Below, piece after piece: positions 1 through 20,657 of a stretch of DNA of 64,000 nucleotides. Location of the stretch: assembly GCF_003704095.1 (NCBI RefSeq), contig NW_020844573.1:558001-622000 (forward strand). The letters are read 5' to 3'. The position numbers were made by a program, and so were the translations under genes. Position 1 is the first letter of the stretch; every line of letters begins with the position of its first letter. The notes beneath the pieces were generated by a model. It did no database searches and was not told the origin of the DNA. It saw nothing but the letters and a program-made list of their open reading frames with translations. The stretch comes from Pocillopora damicornis (lineage: Eukaryota).

Positions 1-598
1 TTGGAAGACGAAGGAGAGAATTCTCTGCCCGATGTTCAATAGCCTGAGCTAGTTTATATTCAGACATGGCTCTTGCTACTTTACACTGCACCTCTGGGGT
101 AGGTATTCCATACATGGCCTGCCAGAAGTAGCATGCCATGTGATCCTTTTAGTGGAGTAAAACTCAGTTCAGAGAGTGTTCTAAACACGTAATGAAGGAT
201 CTGGTTACCTTTTTGCTGTAGTAATTGTTTAAAATGAACCTAGATCAAAATGATTGTAAACTTTTTATTCATTTTACTCCATATACAATTAATAATCATA
301 ATCCTGAGACAGTGAAAAATACAGTTTAAACTTGTTTGAATTGACTTCAATCTGAATTCCATTCTATAACAAAAAAGTATAGTTATTACATACTTCCTTC
401 TGTTGTCATGAGCTAAATATTTCAAATTTTCTAATATCAAAATAATAGGAAACTCCAATGAACAAAGCAATGTCCACTGTTATCATGAAAAAAAATATAA
501 ATGAACATAATATCTTTATCATACCATAATTACTGAATATATCTTGCAGTCTATTTTTACAATTCATTTAGAGCAAAGCTCTTAAATTGGGGAGTAAA

Positions 599-3500
599 TT
601 ATTTCCAAACTCTTGGAAAATTGAAAGAATTGATCCCTCTTTTAGTTTGATGCTGCCTGGTATCTTTTGAAACACCTTCAAGAAGTTCAAAGACAGCCTC
701 CATTGGCATTTTTCTTATTTCTGTCACATGTAACAAGTGACCTTTAGAAACAAAGCTGACTGTATACACTAGATCCAAGCCTTCATCAGAATCTCTAATC
801 AGAGGCTGTGAAACAATTTGAGGAACCAACCGAAAACAAGGATTGGCTCTTTTATCACCTGCCCTGGTCTTAAACAAGCTTTTGTAGTCATCAGGACCTG
901 AAAAAGAACATTTAGAACCCACAATTAATGTTATCAGACTAGTGTTCTTGGCAAATCAGTCATGCATAGGGCTCACACCTGCCAATTGTAAACATCAACC
1001 TCGTGTATATAGGTCAATTATTGTCTCAGAGTCATCAATCAGTTTTATTAGTTCATACCCCTTTTTTAAGTAAATAACAAAATTACACAAATCTCGTTTG
1101 ACTGTTTCATCATTAAGTAACATTCTTAGCATGTAGAGCAGGCATGACTTTGATGAACAAAGTTCAGTATTCTGGGTGAATATCTTAGCTGCCACCTTTG
1201 ATTTTAATAAATGGTCCAAAGGAAGGAGAGGGGAGGGGTAGGGCATGGAAGAGAGGTTAAAAGTCTCAAGAAGTAAAATAACTCAAAGGCCATAACCAGT
1301 TTGCCAACCACCATCTTGGCATGTAAATTGGCTGTAAAGGTGATTGATCTAAAAAGTGACAGGGATAAAAATCACATTTGTAATGAAAATAACTCTTATT
1401 TTTAAATCATTATCTAGTTAAAAGTTTGTTGTCTTGTCAAAAAAACAAGGTTCTATTGATATGTAGGGGGTGTAGATGTGTTAGAAATGTGGCCAAAGGG
1501 CAAACTATATGAACCACAAGCTCCTTACTCCAGCAGCATCATCTCTATTTAGCTGTGAAATTCTTCCTTCAACAATTATCTTTAACAAGTGAAACAATGA
1601 AAGTATTAAAAAAATGTTTAACCTCCAGAAATTCCTTTAGATGTGATTTTAATGAAAAGGAAGTAGTCTTCCACCCCATGCCCCCCCCCCTCCCTAACCT
1701 CTGACCCAGCTCTTACCCAAATATAGAGGATCTTCCTCTGTTATGCCAGCCAACAGCTGTCTTCCATCAACAGTCTTCACCAAGAGAACAGCCACATAAG
1801 CATCTGCAATGTCACCAAAATGTTTGGCACACTTGGATCCTCTTGGTAAGGATGTCACTGATCGCTTATGATAGGATGGCTTTTCAACTGCTTCCAACTT
1901 TGAATCTTCTTTTCTTTGATATTCTGCATGTAATTGCTGAGTGACAGTGGATTTCCCTGGCAAAATTTTTACCTCAATGTCTTGGTTTTCCATTCTGGAC
2001 TGCTTTCCAGGGAAGTCCTTGAGAATTTCTTGCCTGGATTGAAGGGATGAGGAATCTTTTGATGCTGATGCAAGGAGTGCCCTCTCCTTTTTATTGTCAA
2101 ATACAGCCTCCTCTTTCCTATGATTGGTCAAATCACTCAGTTGCTCTTCCAGATCATTGCGCACATGTGGATCTGCCTTGACTTCAATATTCTCCTCTCC
2201 ACTGACACCTTTATGCCTTGTGTCCTTTGTAAATGGAATTGCATGCTCCTGGAAACCCCCCTGATGTAAAACAGAAGGCTTCTCTTTCCTTGCTCCAAGC
2301 CATTTTCTGTCAGCTCTTTCCTCTTCTTTTATTGACCTGAGAGGCTTTTTTGCAGCAAAACTGGGATTATCAATTTTCTTTAAAATGTCCTCTAAAAGAT
2401 AAAGTTCAAATTCCTTTAGGGCCATGTCATCACTGTTAACTTTGCTGAAGTCCTCCTGGTTATGAAAACTAGAATCATCACCAAAGTCATTACCTATCTC
2501 TTCTGGAGATATAGGAGCTGCTTTTGTAAATAACCGATCAAATTTGTTTTTCTCAATTAAATCTGAACTAACTGAAAACAACTTTCTTGGTTGTGGTCTT
2601 GCATATTTATCATTCATCATTTGACTGACATCACCAGAATTCCAATCATTCACTTGATGTGAAATGTCTCTGGATTTTCTGGATTTAGAAATCAATGTCA
2701 CAGCCTCAGGCTTTGGCATCCAGATCACAAAAGCCTGTTGGGTACCACTAAGTCCTGGTACAGGGACTGGTGCCACAGCAAGACCAGTCCTGCTATGAAA
2801 AGACCAACTTATTTCCCCTGTGCGACCATCAATGACTAGCAGTGAGGAGGAACTGTTTGTGTGAGCAACAAACAATCCAATATCTGTCACATTTTCTTTA
2901 ACAGAGTGCGGAGTTGAAAACAACCTGGCATGAAAAAGAAAAAGAAACTTGTATTTCGCATTTCTGGTATGATAATCAAACAATAAGCATGCTGTACTTA
3001 AGTTTGAAATGTTCAGGTTCAAACCCTGGAAAGGTTCACTGAGTTGAAATCTTGGAAAGGATACTTTATTCTTGCAGTCCTGCAGACAATGGCTTTAAAT
3101 AATTACAATCTAACTGCACTATAACCCTGTCAAACTCCTAAAGGGGGGGAGGGGGGGGTAACCTAAAGAAGACCACAATAATGAACCAGCTCACTTGCAA
3201 CACTTCATTGGTGGCAAAATTTAAAACAAGGATTTGCGATGACCATATATACTGCAGCTGTGATCAGCTTGCAAGCACAAGGAGAGGTAATTTTGAAGCA
3301 GACTTTGAGTTTCTAGAAACAAATTTCAAAAAGGGTAATTCTGTTACTTTTAAGCCAATACAAAAAAACAAAACACAATGGTCACTTTCTAATCATATGG
3401 AAACAGGATTGTTTTTAACCATATTAATTAAACAATATGTCAGGCTATAATAATTCTATGCAATAGTTGAGTAACAAAATTGAAACACTTACTCATGAAT

Positions 3501-4724
3501 AACTGCATCAGAAGGTACTACCATTCTCCACACAACAGCCAAATCAGTGCCATTCATGGCCAGAAGAGAAGTACCATTCTCCCTGATTACAAAAACAACA
3601 TCTTTCACCCCATTACCATCCAAATCTGTCAACAACGGCTGGATTAGGAAAACAGCATCTTTAAGAATGCTGATGAAACCAGTGTGTGGGTCTGGTACAT
3701 GTTTTCCCCACGCCTCTCCTGGAATTGATTTTGTTGGCTGGGTTACTTTCTCAAACAAATCATGAACTGACATCGCCCAAAGTGATGTTGTATTTGTCTT
3801 GTGTGCTAATGTACCAACAATAACAAACTGTTGTTTACTCGGGAGAGTGTGAGCAGCAAGGATATTACTGATATTGTGACCTCCAGGCAATGGTACAGGG
3901 TTGCCAAGAAGTTTCCCTAGTTTTCCAGATACCAAATTGATATAACCTTTACTGTTACCCATGGGAAGGTCACTGACGAAAACAATGTCTTTTTCACCAT
4001 CACCATCAACATCACTGACAAATTTAATTGAACCAACTTTACCACTAAATGATGATTTCCACTTGGTGGTTCCATTCTCTGGGTTGAAAAAAACAAGATT
4101 TACTTTTTCTTCAACGAACAAACAATGTTGGTTGTTTTTTTCATCAATGCCCTCTGTGGCCTTTTCACAAGCCAAAAGTCCAAGGGAGGAATTGCGACTG
4201 AAAACCCACAGACTATTACCACACGATCCATGCAGGGCCAAAAGACCACTGCCGTGACAATCTTTGTAATTACAAAGTTGGCTCAAGAATGAAGAATTTG
4301 TTGACTCCATCGCTTTTATGTCAAATTCAACTATAACGTCTGGCCTACCATCTCCTGTCACATCAACCAAGGAAGTCACAACAGGAATAATACCACCAAA
4401 TTGGTGGGTCCAGTTCACTGCTGTCAGTTGCCCCTTGCCAGGACAGATTGGGAGCTTCTGACATTTTGGTTTATGACAAGGAAGAAGAAAAGCAAAGGCG
4501 AATATAGTAAACACACATAGCAACAATGCGCCTACCAAGACGATCCGACGTTTCAAGGACAGTGGTTGTTTTTCCGCAGATTCCGACGGCTCTTCGCTAT
4601 CGTCAAAGAGAGATTTTGCGTTACCAGTCCATAAGTTTCCCTGTGTATTTGCATCTCCTTCGAGTTCCTCCGCTGATGAGTCCATCTCCACCAGAGGTCT
4701 GGAATCGGTCGATCTTGTGGCCAT
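599..4724 (-). CDS. FAM234: FAM234/ITFG3-like type II membrane protein with FG-GAP/beta-propeller ectodomain; exons 4724-3493, 2924-1717, 897-599 (~912 aa)
   Basis: Acidic cytoplasmic N-terminus, one TM segment (IVLVGALLLCVFTIFAFAFLLPC), FG-GAP-like Ca loops DVTGDGRPDV, DVDGDGEKDI and DLDGNGVKDV, and the repeat motif LVIDGRTGEISW. GT-AG junctions are phase-compatible (2, then 1) and sum to 2739 nt. Confidence 0.75.
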
Positions 4725-5554
4725 TTGGTTGAAATTGTTTCGAACGAAGTTGTCAAAATTAGCCTCTCGAGAGGCGATCGACTACCGGTAAAATTGGAGA
4801 TATTTAAAATTCACTCAGATCTTTTCTCCAAGTAAGCAAAATTTCCTTTTTCGTAAAGTTGAAAAGGCTGATCACGAGCAAATCAAAGTTTCATCAGCTG
4901 TAATACAATACCCACTGTTTATCACAAACTTTGAGTCAGCATAAATTTTCCAACCACACTGAATGGACGCTACACTGTGAACTATTAACTATCACTATTA
5001 CATTAAACAAACTCCTTCAAACAGCTGTTCTGTTCCCCCAACACTGAGTTAATTGCCTAGCCAAATAACGCACACAGTAATTGTGCGCGTTACATAAGGA
5101 CTCAATTTTCAATATGCCCTTTGAAGGGGAAACTCTCTTCGCCGCTAAGTCCCCTTGTGTTTCGATCCTTGCATCAAAGAAAACCGCATCCATTTGACGT
5201 CAGTTGATGAAAATTGCCTTTTAGAACCACCGCTTTCTCAGTGTGTGCGGCATTGTGTATTGTTATCTCCTTTATCTCTGTTTTGTGGGACTTTACACGA
5301 TCAGCTGTTTTGCCATCTGTTACTAATCGCCATGTTCACTTTCTGCCAAAACAATACTAACTAGGGGGGAGTGAGTGGGCAGTCCAAGGTAAAAAAGAGG
5401 GGTTGGGATGGGTTACCGACTAGCATATAGGGTTTGGGGCAAATCTTCCGTTAATCTTCCAGTTCATGTAAACAATTGACTGCAGCAATAGTCCAAATCA
5501 TCAGGGGAGTCATTTGAAAGAAATCATCCGAAACAGCTCATGTTGGCCGACAGC

Positions 5555-6060
5555 CTTCTTTTTTCGGACCCTTCCGTCTAATTTCAGACATTTCTGTCCG
5601 ATTTTAGACACTTCTGTCCGATTCCATACACTTTCATCCAGTTTCGGACGCTATCTCACGCTATCGTTTACTCTCGTCCGACTTTAGACACTACCGTCCG
5701 TCCATTTTCGAACACTTCCATCCAATTTTGGCACGCTATTGCCTGATTTTGGACACTTCGGTTGGCTTTGACTTGAGGTAGAAGAGCAAAGAACACATCA
5801 TCACAATGGAATATGCGGTAAATATAAATAATCACCTTAGAGTAACCTTTAAACGTAAAAATGTGTGATGTGTGATTAGCTTACTCGGCACTCTGAAAAG
5901 GTGGAAACATGAAAATTTGGAAATTTTAAACACCATCGTCCGGATTGCGACACTTCCTTCCGATTCTAGACACTTCCGTCCGTCCACGGCTTTTTCAATC
6001 CAACATCGGACGCTATCGTCTAATTTCGGACAATTCCGTCTGCTTTTAGGCGCTTTCCTC
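5555..6060 (+). repeat. Degenerate ~20-21 bp tandem repeat (consensus near GTCCGATTTTAGACACTTCC) in two blocks
   Basis: Visible units such as gtctaatttcagacatttct, gtccgattttagacacttct, gtccgactttagacactacc and ccgattctagacacttccgtc. Confidence 0.75.
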
Positions 6061-7074
6061 TGACTTGCAGTGACCGGGAAACAAATATTTCTCTCTACAG
6101 CTTGGTTTGCCAGTGGTTCTCTTCGGCAGGATAGATTTGTCAGTCAAAAATATAAAGAAATTAAAAACTCAAAATACATCAGCAACATAAGTTTCATAGC
6201 TTTTAATCGTTTATTACTTAATCAAGACTTAATTCATTTTTTTTTGTCGTTTTACAATCTTCTATAGTCACTATAGTAGCGTTTATTTATGTATGTAGAC
6301 TTTGTAGAGAACACATGGATCAAAATCAAAAGAAGATTCCTTAACCTAATCTCTATCATAGTCAGATAAGTGTTTACTCTAGTTATTAGATTCCAGCACA
6401 GCCGTTGTTCAGATAGTCACGTAATCAGCGTCACGTGATGATTGTCACGTAAAAAGTGCTGCATGCGTTTACAGTTGCTAAGCGTGACTATTCAAATAAG
6501 GGCTGTAGAGGACACTATTTCAACAGGAGAACGACATAAACTTCAGTGAAATGATAACATCATTAATTTGAACCACTTTTCTGGTGAAGGCACAATCCGG
6601 CCGTTAATATTGTTAATATTATTTTACAAGCGTTTGGAGATTAGTCGATAATAAGACCATAAGACATTCTTACGATATCAACAAGTCTTTCTAGATCGAC
6701 CTGTGATGAATGTCCGTGAGAGTTTGAATAGAAGTTTTCTGGCAGCAATCTCAAAAACTATAAAAACTAAGTTCATTGAAGATTTCTCAAGCTCGGAGGA
6801 GCCTGGTACCGAGTCAACACGAAAGAAGACACAAAACGAGTCAGAAATCGAGAGGCAAGGATGACGGGAAAAAAAGAGTAACCGCGTGATGCCAAGAGCG
6901 CAAAAAATTTGAGTCACGCGAGAAATATTATATTGATGGAAAGAAAGAAAAAAATCTCGCATTCTAATTAACTCAAACAACTTATATAAAGATAGTTTCT
7001 GATATGATTCGACAGTCTCTGGAAAACGACTCTGAAAAGAAGTTTAGATTGTTCGTCTTTCATGAAGTACAAAC

Positions 7075-14917
<7,843 letters not shown>

Positions 14918-15192
14918 ATCTGTGGGTTTAAAAGGCTAAAAGAGCAGATGAAACATTCTGAAAGAAGAAAACTATTTTTACGGGAGGCTTTGTAGAAGAC
15001 GCAACCGCTGACCTGAGAAGGAATGGGTTCTAATGTTTGCAGCGCGCGAAGTATGTCACGTGATCTATCGAAAGAAAAAGTCGTAGCTGACAGTGATTGC
15101 ATGACTTCTGTACAACGTCCGATTAGTTTTTGCGTTTTATTGTCTTCCTTTGTACTGAAAATTCGACTCTAGGAAATTGATTTCGTGTAGCT
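14918..15192. promoter_or_regulatory. Compact bidirectional promoter between PDPK1 and UBC9
   Basis: Divergent ATGs are separated by only 275 bp; the region is CpG-richer than its flanks; E-box GTCACGTGAT at 15055-15064. Confidence 0.7.
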
Positions 15193-18100
15193 ATGTCTGG
15201 CATTGCTTTGGGCCGTTTATCAGAAGAGAGAAAAGCTTGGCGTAAAGACCATCCTTTCGTAAGTTACGCGGCATTCCCATTTCCTCTATTTATGATTATG
15301 ATAAAATGCTTGAATAGATCGATCTTACCAAATGAATTGACTTTGTTTTCTAATCGAAAGTATTTTTGTTTGTAGGGATTTGTGGCCAAACCGCTCAAAA
15401 ATCCTGATGGTACTCTAAATCTGATGAACTGGGAATGTGGTACGTGAGATGTACAATTTATTCGTGTCTGATTCACAATCTCATCCAGCCAAAGCTTCTG
15501 AACTGATCCGTGTACTCGACATACCCATGCCACACTTTTTATTGATAATCATTAAGAAAATAAATTTTTATTTGCTTCCTCGATGATGATTATACTTTAT
15601 TTCTGCTTTGTCTACAGCGATCCCTGGAAAGAAAGCGGTATGTATCTCGCGATTTTAGCCAAATTGATTAGACTGCGCTCATCTCGTGTCTCTAACATCG
15701 TGAAGGGTGCTGTCATTTTTGTCTCGGTATTCAAGGATCAACGAGAATGTTTACAAGCTTTGTTATTATATATAACTCGATTTATTTTTTTCAATTTTTC
15801 GAAAAATTAATTTGACAACTGTCAACAGATAAAGGTGTAAGTTTTGATCGTTGAGATATTATGTCTGACTGTTATAAAACTCAATTTGACTGCGGTCGCG
15901 GAAAAAGCCGGTTATAGGCGAACAACATTCTAAGATGCTGTACATTTACTGCGTTGTAGACTCCATGGGAAGGAGGTTCTTTCAAACTGAAGATGATATT
16001 TAAAGACGACTACCCATCCTCTCCACCAAAATGTAAGAACTTTGACCTTTTGGTAAAATATGTTGTTATTCACGCCTCTGTTCTGGTCTGTTAGTCTAAG
16101 GGGAACGACGGGAAGAGTGTGAAATAACATGGTTATTTTCCTCATTTATTTACGGCACTTACTAGTTTTCAAGAATTTCGTCTGGGTCCCAATAATTTAT
16201 CATAATTTTTCTTTCCAAAGAATGTGCAATTTCATCATATTGAGATTTAAAACTTCCTTTTTCTTTCATGTACTTCCTGTTTGTGACAAAAACAAGTTTG
16301 CATATATTTTAAATTCATTTTATTCTGACTGTAAAATTATTCCAAAAATTCATAACATTTTGTTTAATTTGTGAAAAGATATATTTGAAACGGGTTAAAA
16401 TCCATCTGTAATGTTTATTTGATTGGATGTCAGTGGAAAATTAAGGTTGTTCTTGATTAAATGGCACAGATGGAAGTTTAATTGCCAATAAATGCCAATC
16501 AGCATGATATTTTAAGGCAGCTATGTTTATAAGTTTCAATATTTTGTACAATTTCCATTTTTTGTAGGTAAATTTGATCCCCCAATTTTCCACCCCAATG
16601 TTTACCCATCTGGCACAGTGTGTTTGTCTCTTCTGGATGAGGAAAAAGACTGGAGGCCTGCAGTCACTATAAAACAGGTAAATAACCAGTTTCTTCATCA
16701 CATGGAATTAAAATAATACCTGTGAATTGATGTTTTTTAAATGCTCATGTCTGCTTTGAGTGAAATGTAACGACAGTTTTTATTACTGTTATTTTTCTGT
16801 AACTTCTGTTGTGTGATAATGTTATCTTCCTTTAAGTGTATACAAACCCTCATGTCTAGTCATCTGTAAATAATTAGTCAATTGCCTCTCCTTTTTCTCT
16901 TCATAGGTTTTGTTTGAGTAATTTCCATCATTTTTCATCTTCTTCTATTAAAATTTAACTTCTTAGATTTTATTGGGAATTCAAGACTTACTGAATGATC
17001 CAAACATAAGAGATCCTGCTCAAGCAGAAGCTTATACCATCTACTGGTAAGAACTTCCACCCTTGAACTCCAAAGATTAAATCAGTAATTCTCCCTTCTT
17101 AGCTTTATACATTTCTTTGCAAATGAGTAGAGAGGATTAGAAATTATAGGCAGATAAAACCCCCTCAGCTGCTTTTTGTTCTATTGTGTGTCATGTTTAT
17201 ACAAAAAGATATTCAAACTTTGCAAAAATGTTACTCATAAGTGATCTCTTGTAGTTAAGCTATGAGTAATTTGGGTGATGTTCAAGGGCAGTAGAACTAG
17301 GATGTGTTGATTAGGACCTAGCTCATGTACAGACTTCTACTGCTTCCAAGTACTGTAGAAGCTCATGAAATTAGACATCTTCAAGATGCAAAAACATCTT
17401 CTGTTGCTGGAGCTGGCTGCTTGTGACAGTGGTTCTGGTAGGCTGTCTCCAGAGGTGTAAAAAATAGATGATGGCTTGAAAATAAAAATACCCAGCTGAT
17501 TGGTGGTGTGAAATAGGGCCAGATGTAAATGAGAAGAAAGCCAACACTGAAACAGTGCTCTGCAATGAGTGCACTGTCAAATCATCATGACTTGCAACAG
17601 CGTCAAGTTGACTGATTAAAATTGATTCAGAAGTTGATGGGATTTCCTTTTGGGTGTCCACTATAAAAAATTTTATAGATGAAGCAAACATCTTAATTGC
17701 AAGTCTAAGATGTAGTGGTTTACAAGAGTATGTGAATACTGAGTTTGTTTAAGAGTTCAGACATGGTTATGTGAAAAGGAACTGTCCACTTATAAGACAG
17801 TGTGGGAGGAGAATCACTCTGTGAGGGTTAATTGTCTTTTTAAAGAACACAACATGGTGAGGCTGGCCAAGGATTGAACCTAATGGCCTAATCCAGAGTC
17901 TAGAATGCTACCATTAGGTTGGTGCATCTGCTGGCTTTAGCTCGATGGTACTTGTTGTACAGTAAATGAACTGGAGTCCAACTGCTTTAACTGAAATGAA
18001 TTAACAACAATTACAATATATGATATTTAAATATATACCTTTGCATGATACAGGATTTCATTTAAAATGCCTGCTTTCTCCTGTCTTTCTCATCCTTCAA

Positions 18101-18282
18101 CTTGCTTTGGTGATAATTTTCTGCTCTTTTCAGTTAAATATAAAAATGCTATAAAGGGAACATGTTAAACATTGGTTTCTGTAAAATTGATATTTTTGTT
18201 TCTTAACTTTACTTTCAGCCAAAACAGATCAGAATATGAGAAACGAGTTAGAAGTCAAGCTGCAAAGTTCTCAAGTACATAG
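15193..18282 (+). CDS. UBE2I: SUMO-conjugating enzyme UBC9, 158 aa; exons 15193-15258, 15376-15439, 15618-15637, 15960-16032, 16568-16677, 16967-17046, 18219-18282
   Basis: [28 protein letters not shown]...NLMNWECAIPGKK...[24 protein letters not shown]...[14 protein letters not shown]. Exons sum to 477 nt and the catalytic Cys is present. Confidence 0.98.
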
Positions 18283-19194
18283 TGAATAAAGAAAAATAGA
18301 AGACACTTCGCTAACAGACATGTGGTTTCATAATGACTGGCACGAATTGGATTTATTTTTTTCTCCATTTATGAACTGCGATGGGGAGTGGAACAAGAAT
18401 TAATCCATAACTGCTTTAATACCACGGCTGTTGTTGTGAATTGGAAGGAGCTATCGTGTCTGTTATAGTAGGAAGTTTCACAGTGTACAGTTCAACTAAC
18501 TTATGCTACAAGACGGATAAAGTTGACCCTAATCTATGTTAGTTTTGTTTAGGCCTCTCTGTGTAAGGTTTGGTTGGGTTTTAATGGCTCTAACTATTCA
18601 GGGAGAACTATCAGATGACACTCTCTGATCCCATTGTCGGGTCATTATTTATCACCTGGTGGGGTGGAATGATTTTAGTTGTGTTACAACAAAAGTTAAA
18701 TGATCCCCCCTCCCCTGAAGGCTATGTAGTATACTAAATATCCCCCTCATTGGCAGTTAGTTTCCCAAGGTGCCCTTCCCCCATAATGCTCTGTCAAGAA
18801 TGACTGTTAACCTCTCCATACCCCCCTGGGAAATGTGTTCCTCCAGAGAAATCNNNNNNNNNNNNNNNNNNNNNNNNNNNNNNNNNNNNNNNNNNTTGTC
18901 TTTAATTTTGTTATGGATCATTTGACTAAACCAAAGGCACTAAATGAGATAAAACCAGAAGCCAAATGACCAGTGATCTCCTGATTTATTTTTTTTTTTA
19001 CCCAATTCTTTTCAATTCTTTATTTTGTTTCATTTAGGTAGGCTTTATTTAATCTTGAGTTGTAAATGTAATCAGTAGTGCAAAGCTTTACTGTGTTGAG
19101 TGCAAAGTGTCTGTTTGTAAGAATCCAATGAAACCTGAATTGTTGGGTTATAAGAAGTCAAAAAATACCCCAATGCACCAATCATAATGCTTAA

Positions 19195-19407
19195 AACCCT
19201 TTAACTCCCAGTTCTAAGTGATTAACATGTGACTTCTCCCTATAATATCCATACATTAACCAGCAAGCAGGTAATAAGAATGCTCAAACTTATCAGGTTA
19301 AAGTTGTTATCTTGATCTAACACTAAATTCTTGCAGCTATTACACACAGAAATGTGTAGCAGCTAGTGGGGAGAATTAACAATCAGATCCTTGGGAGTTA
19401 AAGGGTT
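19195..19407. mobile_element. MITE-like element with a perfect 16-bp terminal inverted repeat (family A). Related copies near 8820-9170, 20007-20190, 26060-26210, 37445-37545, 42300-42470, 56640-56850
   Basis: AACCCTTTAACTCCCA at 19195-19210 and TGGGAGTTAAAGGGTT at 19392-19407; internal sequence similar to other copies in the window. Confidence 0.75.
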
Positions 19408-20657
19408 AAATGTCGACAACTGCTAATGATTGGTTCAGTCAATGGCTTTCATTTACAACTTCAAAAATTTACTCTTCACTTCATTACAAGTGATCTAAGT
19501 GCTTTCCACCAGAACTCTGATCACTTTGAGTGATACAAGATTGAAGAAGCGTTCTCTACCCAGTGAGAGTTACAGCAACTGTAACTCCATCATCAGTGAA
19601 AACCAGCATCAAAATCTCTAATCTTGTAAAGTAACTTATTTTGATAGAAAATCCAAAATTTCACAAAATATGTATCACATAACTGTAATTCTCTGTCAGG
19701 GATTCTTATTAATACTCCCAAGGATTGCTTTTGGTAGGCGACTTGTATGTCTGTGCTTATTTGATACATTGAAATCAACTGATCTTATTTCTTTCTGCTG
19801 CAATATGCATTTCTTGTGCTAACCAGCCCTTGAGTAATGTTACTAAAGATATTAAAACCTCTGTATAGGACTAGCAAGACTTGTGTCTTAAAGTTGTCAC
19901 TGTAGAAATGTAACATCCTATGAAGGGGCCTATACAACTTAAGTAATGAGAGCAAAAGGCTGAACATGATGAATTTTATTCCGTTCATAACGTTTTGTGG
20001 AGTGGTTAACTTTTGACCCTTAAGAGTGACACCATCTAAATTCTCCTGGAAATATTACCCATGAATCACACTGTAAGGTCAAGAGAAAAAGGGGAAATGA
20101 TTATCAACTAAAGAATCTCTTGATTGTTGCACAGATTCTCATTGTGAGCACCTTAGGAAATGTATAAGGAATAGTATGGATAATATGCAGGTTAACTGGA
20201 CAAGGCATGACCTTGACTCGTTGAAATTTTTTGGTGGTTCTTAACTTATTTGATAGGTCAGTAACACATCAAAAATGTTTGATGGGAAGTTTTCCTTCTT
20301 TTGTTTCTTAGAAAAGAACCAAAACAAGGCATGCCTATCCAATTTCAAGTCTGCCATGGAAACCAAATTGGTCTTACTATTTGGACCAGTCTATATCATC
20401 CAAAACTTCTAACACGAAAATAATATATTGGCTTAAAAAGAAAAAGGAGAAGGCAATCAGAATTCCTGAAAAAATACGTGAAGCGATCTTTACCGATTGG
20501 CGAAATGAGCACAGAATGCCTTTGAATGAGACTAATTTTGCTTCTCTAATTTGTTGCAAAAAGCAGTGAGATTGCCCTTCTTGGGCGGGCAGGTGCCTGT
20601 TGAACTGCTATAGCTTCTTTTATTTTATATTTTTTTTTTTAATGAACCAGAGCTACT

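Noticed and set aside
81-239. Short minus-strand ORF after an AG acceptor at the window start
   Set aside because: No recognisable homology and no context to the left; could be FAM234 3' UTR
978-1246. ORF in FAM234 intron 2 with an in-frame TGA followed by a GT donor (possible selenocysteine exon)
   Set aside because: Weak acceptor, phase incompatible with the upstream donor, no recognisable selenoprotein motif and no SECIS that I can identify
1530-1580. 51-nt exon-like segment (IIVEGRISQLNRDDAAG) with a GTAAGG donor
   Set aside because: Open only in phase 0 while the host intron is phase 1; AAG acceptor; no other support
5555-6060. Repeat arrays as a CRISPR locus
   Set aside because: Eukaryotic context, degenerate units, no unique spacers and no cas genes
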